From assembly GCA_001949185.1 (NCBI GenBank), contig BDGG01000015.1:377036-441035 (forward strand): a stretch of DNA of 64,000 nt. Reading direction: 5' to 3'. The notes under the pieces were generated by a model that did no database searches, had not been told where the DNA came from, and saw nothing but the letters and a program-made list of their open reading frames with translations. The translations under genes were made by a program, and so were the position numbers. Below are positions 39,542 through 53,211 of the stretch, piece by piece. This DNA is from Ramazzottius varieornatus. Taxonomy: Eukaryota; Animalia; Tardigrada. The number at the start of each line of letters is the position of its first letter. The stretch's first letter is position 1.

Positions 39542-42500
39542 CTATCGCTTGTCCCTGTTTGCACCAGACATGGACATCAGGTTGGGAGGCTTGGCGGACA
39601 CTGAGGGTTTTGATTCCAAGGGAGCCAAGATGGGCAGTTCGCTTCTGCTGCTGGGAGGAGCCTGAGGAACCACGTGCGGGTGGTGGTGAGCAGCACCGGC
39701 TTGCGACAGACCGGTAACGGGATCCACTGCGTGGGCCGATATCGCTTGACCAGCTACAGGTACAGAAAAAAGTCAAGCCTCCGATGTGCAAAGAAACTAT
39801 GAAAACAAGTCCCTTTCCAAAAAATCGAGATGTCCACTGTTTTATCCAGGAAATGGGAGGTCGACAAACGAAACTTACAAGATCATCCGCTTAAGTGGCG
39901 CACGATACAAGCCAACAACAATGAAACCATGCGCCACTCGAGATGACGACCTTGTAACGTTTCGTTTGCGAGCCTCTCAGTGATCCCAAAAGTATTCAGA
40001 ATAACGTCAGTAAAAGATTAGAGAAATTCTTACGGATAATTTCGGTTTTTCGGTGGTCTTCCAGCATTCGAGCCTTCTGTTCATCATGAGGCAGTTCGGA
40101 CTTTCTTCGAATCAGCGGTCGATCTGCTCGTGGTGGGTTCTTGGAGGCGTTCTTCTCCTACGGTAAAATGAACAGTTCCGGGCTCATTCCACAGCCATTC
40201 TAAACAAAACCTACCTCTTCAAGTTTCAGGTTCTGCTTGAAAGCTTCCGTCACGCCGGCGATGGGTTCCTTCTTGTCACCTCGAGGTGTTTCGTTGATGT
40301 CCGGATGGTCGTCGTCGACCATGTCCGTGTCGCTACCGTAATACAGCTCTTCTTCTCTCAAGTCGTAACCCAGACGGAAATCCTGCGCCAACTGAGCGAA
40401 CTAAAAGAAGAGTTGGTACATTTGCCAACCAGAAAATTCAAAGTTTAGGCATGAAACGAAAACTTTACCGCTGGGTTGCAAGAAGCCTTCTTGTGGATCT
40501 TCGTCCACGCATTCACGCGTTCCCTCATCTTTTCTTTCTTTCTGCAAAAAGTGATTGTTTTCCTTCGAAGTTTAGATGATCGAATACAAAACTTGTAGTT
40601 GCAATGGAAGAGTGAACGGAGTTACAAATAAGACCGTTGAACGGAAGAGTTCTGGTCAATTTTCTACGACAATGTTACGTACTGCCGTTCGGCAATCTTG
40701 TACTGTTTGAAGCAGTCATCGAAGAGTTTCTGGTTCATTTCCATGAAGACTTTGAGGGCATTATAGATGAGACCGTGGATTGTCCTAGGAAACACGTCGC
40801 TGATGAGGTGCAACACGAAAAAGAAAAGCTCGTGTAAGAAGAGGGAAGGGGGAAAGGGAGAAAGTTTGAGGGTAGAAACTGCTACCATAAAGTTTCGAAA
40901 TCGAGTTTAGAGCTTAGCTGGGACTTACTTATTCCAGTGTCTTTTGCTGTTCCGATAAAGCGCAGGGAATATGATGGGCAGAAGAACCTGTCCATTGTCC
41001 CGCATCAGCGTCAGGATATAATCGTTGTTCCAGTAGTACAACGCCCGTTCAGCAACCTACAGAAAAAGACTTACAATATTAGATTTAATCAAAAAATAGT
41101 GAAGTGAAAAGGAGCTAGAGTTTGAGAAAATATCAAAATATAACGAAATAAAATCCTATTTTAATTTCTTTGTGAAACTGGGTTGTTTCCGAAAAGATTA
41201 GCGTACTTGGAAATGTGAGCTGCTGATGCATCTGCCCAGTTGCTGGAAGAGCGGTATCATAATCTTCTGGAATTCAGCGGGCTCAATCACGTCCAGGATT
41301 TCTTCGAGCTCATTAAGGAACATGACTTCTTTGGGACTGTCGGTGCGTGGCCAAAACTTGAGAAGACCTCGCACGACCTGCAACTCAAACAAGAAGAATC
41401 AGTAAGGTCGTTAACGGAGAAGATAAAAGATCGAGGCTCGAAGATTACCTGTTGAGTTAACGCGGAATCTTTTTCGAGGAACTGCACGACGCAGTAAGCG
41501 AGACAAGGATGAAAGACACCTAACGACTGGACTTTGTGCAGGGGCAAGAGAACTTTAGCCAGGAAAGTCTTGTGTTCTTCCTTCAGGGGTAGCGCAAAGC
41601 CGTTAATAATACTGCCAAGTATTTCCAACAGTTCACCGACGCCGTTATATCGGCCCGTTTCATAGATAAATCTGCAACCAAGCCATAAAGTATTTCGGAG
41701 ATTTGGCAGCCCGACAAACAAACTCGACAAGATCGTTTCTCAAGTGGTGCACTTTTCCAGCCAATAGCACTGAAAAAGTGCGCCACTTGGAAGAGCAAGC
41801 TCGACCAGATCATTTTTCCAAGTGCGCATGGTTTCTGTCAACAACACTGCACAAGTGCGCCACTTGGGGGGAATGAATTTGACGAGTTAGTTAGCCGAGC
41901 TTCCGTTTTCAATACGATCTCGTGTCACACTAAACGGAACGAAGGTCGAACCTGTAAAATGCGTGATTAATCTGTTTGCGAATGAAAGCACGAAGCATGA
42001 GGAACTTTCCGTAGATACGATGGAGCACCGTCTTGAGGAGGTCGCGTTCGCGTGGGTCTTCACTATCGAAGAGATCCAGCAGCTTGCTGATGAAGACGTG
42101 ATCCAGGTACTTTTTGGCGTGGTTGGGCTGGAAATCTGGCGATTCCAGGAACCGGAGGAACAATTGATAGACTAGCTGCAGGTGAGGCCAGGATGCCTCC
42201 AAGGTCGGCTCGTCTTCTTCCGGGTCAAATTCCGCACCGAAGGGAGTGCTGGCAGGCGGCAGTGTCCGAAAGAGGTTAACTGCCACCTGACGAACAATCA
42301 TTTAACTCGGGCAGTTCGCAAAGACAGAAGCAAGACGGACGATGACCACCGAAGAAGAATTTCCACAGTCTCGGACATATCGAAGATTTTCAACCAATTA
42401 ACCATTCCGATTCAATCAATTTAAGATAAGACATTTACAAACTTCTGGATGTTTCTGACTTTCGATCGATCGATAGACTGAGTGGTTGATTGGTTGCTTG

Positions 42501-45500
42501 CGATTATTGGATTTCGATCAACTACCGAGACTTCCTGGTTCCTAATTTGCTTACCATATGGAACATCTCGCCGTAGATGGGTTGGGACAAGACGTTCTTG
42601 TTATTCCCAACGTAATCCAGCATTTCTTGTAGGGCATTCTTCTTGATTTCCTTGTACTGGATATCGCTGAGGGGTTCGGTAAAGTCGAAGATGACTGAAC
42701 ACTGACGGAGTTTGGCGCAAAACAGCTGCTCTCTTTCTTGCGGATCAGGAGTATCTGTAATCATAAAGACCGAATAACCATCTGCGTCATACGCATAGTC
42801 TAGATATTCCACATCTTCCTCAATGTAGGGAATCTGTGCTTCTTCCCCCGGAAGTTTGATTGTGTAAGGAGGCGAGTCCATGTTTACAAAGAAAGGAAAA
42901 CTTCCGAACTTGAACGTTCAAGTTCACCACTGAAACACTGTCACGTCTCGACGCTTTTTCATGGCCAGCGTGTCATCAATATGAGTACGCCTTGATGTTT
43001 TCTTCCGTTTCGAAAAAAAAACCCTGTGCTTAACCGTTCGAAATATTACAGCCGCCGCAATCATGCGTTCGAGCGGCGGTACTTTTTGCTCCATAAAAGA
43101 AGCCGTAAACCACTTGATGTGCCGACTGCGTGCCTTGGTGCTTTACTCGAGTCAGAGCTACTCCGAACTCCGGACAGATTTGCTGAAAGGGGAGCGAGAA
43201 AAACATCCATCAGCAATTACTATACCAGCGTACGCTAATGAGCCTTTGAGAGATTATTACTTTGACAAATGACTGCGCTTTCCAGTGATGCCAACTTTTC
43301 GAGCCACAAACCACTCTACGAAGTTCTCAGTGAGAACTTCTGGGGAAAAAGAGTAGGAGTTGAGCCGTTTCTACAAGTCTGTCTACCTAGTACCCAGGTC
43401 AGTGATCTACCGCCTGCTCGAGTACCATGCGGCATCATGCACCACGATACGGAAGTAGGAAGGCGCAATGAACGCAAAGCCCAACGGTCAAGCTGCCCAC
43501 TCAGGTTCGTGCCCGTCTTGCTGGTCTCCACTCTCCACGCAGCGGTAAAGCTCATGACGTCACTGCGAAACCTGATTCGAGCGCTTTCTGGCTCTGACGT
43601 CAGAGACAAGCTCTTCAAAACGGCACAGCCTTGGCGTGCGTTCGCAGCTGTGGTTCAACCTTACACACAAGCAGCGTTAACGTTCTGGTCCCTCGAATTT
43701 GGAAGCTCTCCGAGTATCAAGATCCCATGTCGGAGAGTCATTTTCATCACGATGCCCCTGATAGTATAGATAGAATGTCAATTCAATCAGGCAAGCCTTC
43801 CATTAAAATAACGTTGTTAAACTGGCAATCATTAAAGCCAAGTCTTCCGCAGTGCACCAGACAGACCAACGTGATGGAAAAGCAAGCGGGAATCAGTCCC
43901 TTTTCCAGGCCTCCTTCGTGCCAACTTGAGCACGCGCCTCTTACAATCCCTGCTGTCACTTTTCCTGAATGCTGCCTCGTTTTCCTGTCAGTTCAACATT
44001 CCTCCCATTCAACGGTTGAAATTCCTCGACGGAATTATCGAACCAGACATTTTCGCCTACACAATCATTCCAATCATACTTTAGTCGGTATCAGCCCACG
44101 TCCCACTGCAACCTATTTGGCCCAAAGTCAAGTTGAAGAATCTCTTCGCTGTTGGAAAAACGATCATCTCGAAATGTCAAGTTGTTTTCGATAATTAATC
44201 GCCTAATGAGTCATTCCAAGAATCAGTTTGAAGATCGGGAAGCAAGCTTAACAGCTCGTCGTCCGAAGTGGAGCACGTCTATAGGTTCTGACTGTAAGCT
44301 TGAAAAGCAGCCTGGTTGAGTTCGATTGTTTCATCGGACTGGCGCACGTTATCAGTGTTATTGGCTGCAACAGTATGCGTGCACCATCTCATCGAGCTTG
44401 CTTGTTTGCCGAGCTGCCCTTTGGCTAAAAAGTCTTTCTTAATCTCACTATTCGCGAATTTATTGTCGATTTGGGAGCATTTTAGTTTGCAAAGAAAGAA
44501 GAGATCCATTTTTGCCGAACACCAAGATTAATGACTAAAGTCTGTTACTGCGATTCTTTCCTCTGGATCCTATAAATTACATCATTTCCTCGTCGCGTTA
44601 CCAGAGCATGAGGTTTGACTGTGGGCGATATCGAGGCAAAACAAGGTTATTCAAATGTATGTGCGCGTGCGCCGTGATGAAATGTTGGCCAACGTGATGA
44701 GAAGGCTCATCGATCAATTGCAGCTCAACGTTCGATTTTTTCCTTCTTCCTACACTCCTCTTTCCTCCTCTTCCGATACATCTAGATTTGACCCTGTAAT
44801 GAAAGAGAGAAGCTAGCTCTCGGCTCGACTTTCCGTTTCCGGTGGGCCTCGTCGACAACACAGGACAATCAAAGCGAAACAAGTGTATCGGCGCCTGACT
44901 TGAACCTTCCTTAAATCATTTTCTGCTTCGCTTCGTTCGCTTCTTGGTCCTTTTTCAAAGAAAAGAGAAAAAAAAATCACGCTTCAAGAGCAATATCATT
45001 CTTCAACCTACAAAGAGAGAGTAAGGCAAACAACTCCCCTATCGATCCCCTTGCAGAGCCGAGAAAAATGTATCAGGACCGCAAAAGTCCGGAAATCTTC
45101 AGACTAAAAGCTTTCCAAAATGATAGTTAATCAAAATCCCTGGGAGGAAACCTATTCATGCTCGTGCAGCCTCGGCTTGCCTCCGGGATCACTGGATCCA
45201 TCTGGAAGCTTAGACGGCGTAGATACTACAGCGGCCTTCTTAGGCAACCTTACCCGAACTCCCACGCACCTCTCAATAGCCGGAGCTCAATGTCGACAAA
45301 CAAACTCAACCAAGTCGTTTTCCAAAGCGGCGTCCGCTTTCAGCCTATAACGCTCACATCTTGCGCCACTTGGAGAAAACTTAACAAGCTCGCTCTTCCA
45401 AGTGGCGTACGCACACAGTCAACATCACTGTAAAGGTGTGCCACTTGGGAAGACGATTCGGTTGAGTTCCCAGTCAAGCTCCCAGCCAAACATTCTTGAA

Positions 45501-46279
45501 AGTCAACGTGTCTTCTAGAAGTGATGATTTCATGATAAAGGCTAGAAGACATCCTCGCACCTTTTATCTTTGGTAAAGCTTCGAGTTGGCGGTCGGCCGG
45601 ATGGCTGACGCTATTCTGCATGATTCCGTTCTCTTTGTCCTTCTCTTGAACGGATCCCGTTGGTGTTTTGTTACCGTTTGCCATTATCTTTGGAGAAGTC
45701 GATAAAATTCCATTCTGGCCGTTCGGGCGAGGCTGTAGGAGGGAAGAAGACGGTGTGCTGATGGGAATGGTCGCCGTAGGGTTGAATGGCAATGATGCAC
45801 CGGAGACCGATGAGGCCGATCCAGGCTCCGTGCTCGAGCCTCCAGCATGGCTTCCAGATGTACTTTGGGGCTTTTCCTGCAACGAAATGATTTTCTTTAC
45901 CCAAACAATTTGAGAATTGGCAAGAGCGACCGAAGTTACTCGACCAGAAACCCAAGAAGCAGAAACAAGCGAAAGCCTACTATCGGCGCATTACGTCATG
46001 ACTCAAACTTGGAGCTAAGGCAGACCTAAGACGTCACGCACTGCCACAGCTAAAATTCTGTTTTAATCGCCCACGTCAAGGACAAATAATAGCTGTATGG
46101 CCACGCATATCCGAAGACGCACTAGGGTTTGGTAAGACATACGGCGCTAGGCTGGTAAATCCGAATCGCACATCGATATTGCCCCTTGTCCTGCACGGTT
46201 GTGACCGCGCTACGACGTCAACCCAAACTTCAAACCGCCAAAAAACAGGTACTTAAATGGCATGACTCACCTGCGTCAT
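39542..46279 (-). CDS. PPP2R5D: PP2A 56-kDa regulatory subunit B56/B' (delta/gamma type)
   Basis: [86 protein letters not shown]-terminal RRKSELP. First micro-exon ATG ACG CAG|gtgag at 46279-46271; last exon 39754-39542. Confidence 0.93.
41725..41875. repeat. Representative doublet of the GTGGCGCAC palindromic mini-element (in B56 intron)
   Basis: caagtggtgcacttttccagccaatagcactgaaaaagtgcgccacttgg followed by a second unit; more than 10 further sites in the window. Confidence 0.85.
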
Positions 46280-49200
46280 CACTCTGCTGGATGCGTAAAT
46301 CGAAACGATTGCAGCCTACAGGCATGACATGACGCGAAGCGACATTTTCCACGGCGTAATTGCTTGTAAGGTTTCCAGCATGTGCTCATTACATAGGCAA
46401 ATAAATGTACTACAAGGTCGTGTTGACCGGAAGCGTAAACTGGTTGGCAGCAAAACACATCGATGGATCAGCAAGAGCGGATGCGAGCAAATGAGAAAAC
46501 TGATCTCCTGTTCCCTGCCAGATGATGGGATCTCAGTCATTTCAGCTGCAACGAAGCTTAACGTCACTACGTCACTCACACGGTAATCCGCCTCGCTCCG
46601 GGGTTAATACTGTACAGTGTACAGGGTTTCTAATGGATGCGCCAACTTTGCGAGCTTTTTCTTTGTTTGTTTTTGGTTCGTTACATCTTTGCGCTAAAGT
46701 GGCTTGTTTCAAGTGCTTGCTTTCATACAGATACGCTAGCACTTGCTCTTCTACTTCTCGTTTTGCAATCAGACCGCCATCCTCTTTGTGCTACAGAGAA
46801 TTTCATAGAATATTCACAAAAATTTCTCACGGACGCGCGCACGACCCCTAGTGCCAGACTTGCTTATAAGATTCACATAGGCCGCTTTAGTGCTTTGCCG
46901 AGAAAAGTTTCTGTTTATTACCACGATGCGTGCAGGAGTGAAGTGAGTTCGGTCGCGAACACGTCATCGGGATTTCCTGAATTCCTGTCGACGTCACCTG
47001 CGCTGTGAACTATCAGTCGGTTACCGAAGGTAACAGGGTACCAACGGTTCGTGCTAATCAACTTAGGTCGCTCGTTAGCGACGAACGATAGGGGTGTGAT
47101 ATCGGTGGATATTAGCACTAATCCCACTCATTATGCATTCATTCAGTTGATCAATCTCAACGGTGGTACTTACAGTACGTAACAATATGCTAAGCTTAGC
47201 CGGATCAAAATATTTCGATGAACGATATCGAGCTGACCTACAGTATCTCGCATGCACGAGCTCAGGTCTTCACCTGAAGAGTCAGCTCGAACTCACCTCC
47301 GCTTTCTTGAACCAGCGACTCGGCTGCATTGGATGGACTTGCAATCGGCGTCAAGACCAAAAGTCATGTATATGAACAAGTATTCAGCACATTACTTAAT
47401 AAACATCGTTGATAACTAATTGCCGTGTTGACGTAACTTTCACTGAAAGCATTGTGAGGAACTCGGCGTGCAATCAAAGCACGGCGTTTGAAGGATGCCA
47501 GATGCAAACGTGTTGGATAAACAGAGATGAAGTAGAGCAAGCATCCGACTTTGAGTAAATTATTCAGGATCAATCCTGTCGAGCTGCTCTGTCATTTCAA
47601 CAGCAGCTCATTAAGGATTCTAAGAGTAGAGATGCAAGCTCAGTTTAGGACGGAGAACAGACACGAAGGTTTCGAATAATTCGGCGACATCATGTTGTGC
47701 GAGACGCTGAATGAAATGTCTATTTTAGCTGAAGGAGATGCAGTGAAATATGATCCCATTAAAAGTTCCCAGCAATGCGCGTCCTGATGTGGGAAAGACT
47801 AAACTCGGTAGTGCAGTGTTTCGTAGCGCGTCGAACAATTACAGATCACAGTGGTTGTTCCCAACTCTATAAGATGATAGGCTTGGAGGAACAAAGTGGC
47901 AGAAACGGAACTCGCTCAAGAAAAGAGTGATTTGACGGCTGGAAAGCAAACGAGCAGAGTCGATGTCGGCGGGAGCCGACATTTAAACCGAGAGCGATGC
48001 AACATCAGTGTAGACCAACAGTGTATAAACTTCTGTACGAGGTAAACGACATAATTCGGGAATATCGATTTTCGCACCATAATTCGGGCAATGCGAAAGG
48101 TTTGAAAATTACTTTCAACGTTTGATTCATCCTTCATCGTACGTGTGTTGGTACAACATTAGGCTGTTTAACACTGGACAGACCCATCTCCATCCCGAGC
48201 CGAATTCCCGTAATCTACAACGCTTTTCCGTTCTCAAACCCATTGAAACCTCGAGGAGAGGGATCAGTCTACGTCAGGAAACAAGGAGCGGTTCATTACG
48301 CGCAGCAAGAGCTGAGAAAAATATGCCCGAATTACGAGTGAAAAACCCCTATGCTCGAATTATGTTGTTTACCTTGTACTATAAATCCGCCCAACGTCAC
48401 AGTCGGTCGTGCTGGTCTTTTTCATCCAGCCGCGAGATACCGATCCTGAAAACAAGTTGCCCATAAATCTGACGGAAAAATAGAACCGAAATTTCAAAAC
48501 GTGGCGTTTTGCTACGACGGAGAGATATGCGCCACTTGAACAAGGAAGTAAAGAAGTAGGGTCGGACTCTTGTACTTCGATCGGGAAACAGCTGCCTATC
48601 GATCTGGACTTCGGGGAATGCAGGCATTGAAACCTTGTTGAAGGACTTCAGCTCCCAGCCTTGACAGGGCTCTGTGGGTGAGCTAGAGATGAATCACAGG
48701 AATATGCAAATCTGCTCGCCTCAATGAGCATGACCAAGACTGCAAAGCGAGCCGATCGATACTCGATGCCAGCTCTGACTTAAAGCGTAATGGCGCAGCA
48801 AGAGCAAACGCCCCATAGAACTCATCGATTTAAATCTAAATGTGGCAAGCTGGAAGAATGGAGGAAATGCGCTGCTTTTTACTGGATCTCTTCCGAGCCG
48901 CGGACGATTTCTGGAAGTCGTCCTTGAACGGCGACCGCGGCAAAACACGAATTTCAAATCAAAAATTTAGACAGTGTTTCGACTGGTGAGCTATGGTTTA
49001 CGGCAGAAGAGCTAGGGAGCTATGGTTTACGGCAAATTTTAGCGGATGCTTTTTTCTGTAGAACGATAAACCCTTGCGAAATTGATGACCAACTTCCGGG
49101 ACTTGCGGCAAAAACAAATCTAACGCAGCGGACGAGTTCGACTCCCTGTAGCTTGCTGGGCTGTTGATTTGATTCTGCTGTCACAACCACAGGACCGCAC

Positions 49201-49631
49201 GTTAATCCGTCATTCACGAAATAAAGATAATTTTGGTTTTGTTTTGTAAAAGTTTAATAGCAGTTTTTGTTGTCCTGCTTCTGTTGCATACAGCTAGCTG
49301 ATGTTCTCTGTTTTTTTTGCGGAAGGAACACTACTGCGACAAACTTGCGTGAGGAAAAGAGCGCAAAGACGCTGTGAACAGCTGGGTTGAGTGGATTTGT
49401 TCCGGACGCTCTTCGCAGCCGCGCAAGTCGCAAGGTAAGTTGTTTGTCATCATGCAGATCACTCTGAATCGTTTTTTAACAGTTCCTGATGTCCAGGTTC
49501 TGTTATGGACTAAGTGGGGACGGGTACGTTGAGATGGACGAAGGGAGCTGAGTCAGTTGATGAAGATCGACGCCAAAGATGGAATTGCTGTGACGCAGTT
49601 GATTGAATTGCCTTGATTGATTGCTGAAAGA

Positions 49632-52606
49632 ATGTCGGTGACATTGCTGCGGGGATCCAACAGTGGAATCGCCACCAGGTCCGGCGAAACCAAGATTTTC
49701 TTCTACATGGACGACGATGAGACACCAGAGATCTTTCGTCTGCAGATTCCCATCGAGCAAGTGACGTTGAGCGACTTCAAGCAGAAAGCTAAGCTTCCAC
49801 TCAACGCCCCTCACCTGACGTTCTTCTTTCGCGCAACCGACCCCGTCATGGGCGACTACAAAGAAGAGATACACGACAACAATGCGCATCTTCCTGTCTA
49901 TAAGAACAGTATTGTAGCACTGGTCGTCTCGAAGGACGTCAGTGTTCGCTCAGATTCAGACTCCAACCGTAGTTCCCGTCCCTTGATCTCCGAACGACGC
50001 TCATTGGGCAATGGCGTGCTTCGCGATCCCCGAAATTTCTCGTCTTCTAACTCGAACAGAGGATCGAGTGTCAGTTCCAGAGTGATCGGTGGACCGTCTT
50101 CACGTCCGAACGGATCCACAAGACCGAACGTAAGAATTGTTTTACAAGCGGCGCACGCCTATAGGTAAAACCACCTACAGTGTACGACAAAATTAACACT
50201 TACAAAAAGACCACGCAATTCCGAGCTCTGGGAGTACGGGGGGCAGATAACCTTCCCCAATTTTCAACTGGCTGGAATCAAGGGGTGGGGTCAGATCGGG
50301 CCAATCACCACATATACGCTTCGCAGTTTTCGAGTAAAATGCGCCACGAAGTGAACCAAAGTGCCAGACCTTCTTTATATTTCTACTCTGACCACTGGTC
50401 ACACAGCATGGACCATACTGAAGCTTCTAAGACGGTACCAATGTACTAGCTCTATGTCCAATTTTCCGTCAGCCAGCTCTTGAGTAAAAATTTGGTCTGT
50501 CAACTCAAGACACAATCTGGTCAAAACCGAAATAGTCTCTCGAAATTTTCAGAAAGCTGCTAGCCAGTTCACGTCTTTTTTAACTGGAAGCGACAAAGTT
50601 TCCGAAAGCAAACGTGAAAATTTGAGACGAAAAGATTCAACAGTAGCCATTTCGCAAGGCTCTTGGGGTGCGCCAGGCAACCGGGGTACCCCCTTGGTCT
50701 CTTAATTGTCGACCGTTAAAAATGGGCGTAACATTGCAGCTGGAGCTTGATTATAACTCAGCCAGTGAGAATTATGTTTTGCTGCACGAGCAAATTTCAT
50801 TGGCTTTATCCATCTGGCTCCATCCAACACCCATTTTTAACGGTTTATTTTGTCGTACACTGTACAACGTGCGCAACTTGGTACGACAGCCAAACTCGAT
50901 AATATCGTTTGTATCAGGTAGCGCATTCTTTCGGTCAAAGCAACGAAAGGGTGCGCCACTTGGAAAATGATCTAGCCGAGTGCGTTTGCTCAGCACCAGT
51001 CTTGGTTTCGAATATTCGGATAAAGATACTGGATATTTCATCTTCAGGCATTTCTGGAACGGACGAATCGCGGCTATGAAACTGAGTCGACGCTGGCTTC
51101 GATCATCGACGACAGATCTTCGTATTCGGACTCAGAGTTTGATGGCTCAAGTCGCGTGTCCGCCTTGACCGATCTCACCAGTGTCTCGCGAATGAACCGA
51201 TTCATGAAGAAGAAACGGAAAAAGTTCCGGACACCCGCCAACCTCGTTCGTGCTTCCTCGGCCAGCAGCATTGCTGATACGATGTACAATGCACCGGATA
51301 ACATCGTGTTCCTTCGGCTAGACTTACAACCTGGCGGCCTTGGTAAGTTCTTCAGCCGGAAAATAAATTCATCACGTGAAAGTATTGATAGTTGTACATT
51401 AACATGGCATTACGTTATGTACATGTTTAATAACTAAAAATGAAATAGTGCGATGTCGTGCGGCTGACTTCCGCCTCCGGTTCAGCTGGACACTGGTCGC
51501 CACAGGCCTTTCTCTGAGTTTTCGACTGTTTAACCAGGTCGCTTGCCATTGCAGGTATTAGAGTGGACGGTTGTCCAGCTGGCCTGTGCGTAACTGGCAT
51601 CGTGGCAGGTTGTTTGGTGGACGAAGACAAGCGTATCCAGGTTGGCGACGTCCTGCTGACCGTCAACGGCGTTCGTCTCTGCGATTTCGAAGGCGAAGAA
51701 TGCAAGAAAGAAGTTCTCAAAGAAGCCATCAGGAAAGGTGGCATCATTACCCTGAAAGTCCTCAAAGCTCAGCAAGGTACCCGATCGCCATCCGGTTACA
51801 ACATGGACTTGGTCGATCCGATGTGGGACCAACTGGACTCCCGATCAAGGTATCCAGAAGAACCTTCTCGTCCGATCGACTTGGCCGCCTGGGTATCGCA
51901 AATTGAAGCCTGTAACGCTTCCTTAGCGCCAACGTCTCTTCCACCTTTAGGTGTGTCTTTAGAGACCAACAGGCCTAATTTGAACATCGGTAACGGTGGC
52001 GGTTACGTCGGTAACGGTTTGCACGAGCAGATGAGAATCGTCAAGCGCGCCATGTCTCCTGGGTCAGGGTTAGAGATCAGCGACAAACACTGGTTGAAGA
52101 TCGAGATTAAGAATGCTTTCATGGGGAAGAATCTAGTCAAGTGGTTGAGGGAAAATGTGCAGGGATTGAGTGATCGTAGTGACGCCAAGAATTACGCGCG
52201 AGAGTTACTGTCCCGGAAGTTGATCGAGCCGGGCATGACTGGTACCAAAGATTTCTCGGGCAAAGCCTACTATCGTTTCACCCAGCTGCCTCTGGTGGAG
52301 GAGGAGATGAGCAGCATGTCCATGTCGGGCGACTACGGTGACGATGATATCTTCGAGTCGGTCAGCCAGGTGGCGGCCAACCGTCATCCGGGCATGTACA
52401 GTGAACCACCCAGTATGATGGGCAGTCACTATGGTGGGTTCCCTCCGGCGGGAGGAAGGAGAGTCGTGGGGAAGAGCAGTAGCAGTTCGGGAAGCGAGAG
52501 GAGACACCAGTCAGTCATTTACGAGGAAACGTCCTCGCAATCAACGGAAATTTACAATGGTGGCGGCGGTGGACACTCTCGTGGTAATAACCAAAGGTAT
52601 TTCTAG
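49632..52606 (+). CDS. dsh: Dishevelled (DIX-PDZ-DEP), divergent
   Basis: DIX: ETKIFFYMDDDETP..VTLSDFK..KEEIHDNNAHLP. Basic region KKKRKK..RASS.SSI.D. PDZ: GLGIRVDG..IQVGDVLLTVNG. RPIDLAAWV. DEP: GLEISDKHWLKIEIKNAFMG..FSGKAYY. Exons 49632-50128, 51048-51342, 51555-52606. Confidence 0.93.
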
Positions 52607-53211
52607 TGGCAACTTCTCAGTCCTTTGTTCCTTTTTCTAACTTATTAGTCTGCCCATCTTGATCCAAAATGCTTTTCGTTGATTTTCTTGTGTCTACTGT
52701 TTGTTCCGGAGCTCCAAATGTGGCGCGCAGCTAGAATTTGTTGTGATGGTTGTTTTTTCGATTCCTAAGCTGTTTACTGTTATCATGTTAATCATACATC
52801 CTTTTTCTTGTTACCGCCAGAAGTTTGTACTTTGTAAGTTATTGTTTTACTTTTACACCCTGATTTTCGTGAGTCGAAATAATCGTAAGGGGCAGAGTGA
52901 AATCCGTCTACGAGAGCGGGGCAAACAAATTCGACCAGATCGTTCTGTCAAGTGGCGCACGCTTTTAGCCATAACACTGAAAGCCTGCGCCACTTGGGGA
53001 AACAGTTTGCAGACTTTGTTTGCCAACTCCTGTGTGCGAGCGTTTTCGGTTCAAAAGACAGATAAGCTTCGATAGCCAACAGATAAAACTCACAAAGGAA
53101 AAACAGAGCGATAAATAGCACAGGTGTACCGATAATTTTGAAACAGTGGTACAGGCTAAAAAAACAGCGACCTGACGACGGTGACTTCCCTCGAACCTGC
53201 CTTCCAAGCCA

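Noticed and set aside
43269-44194. 166-aa and 187-aa ORFs antisense within the B56 intron
   Set aside because: No motifs or coding-like composition; likely chance ORFs
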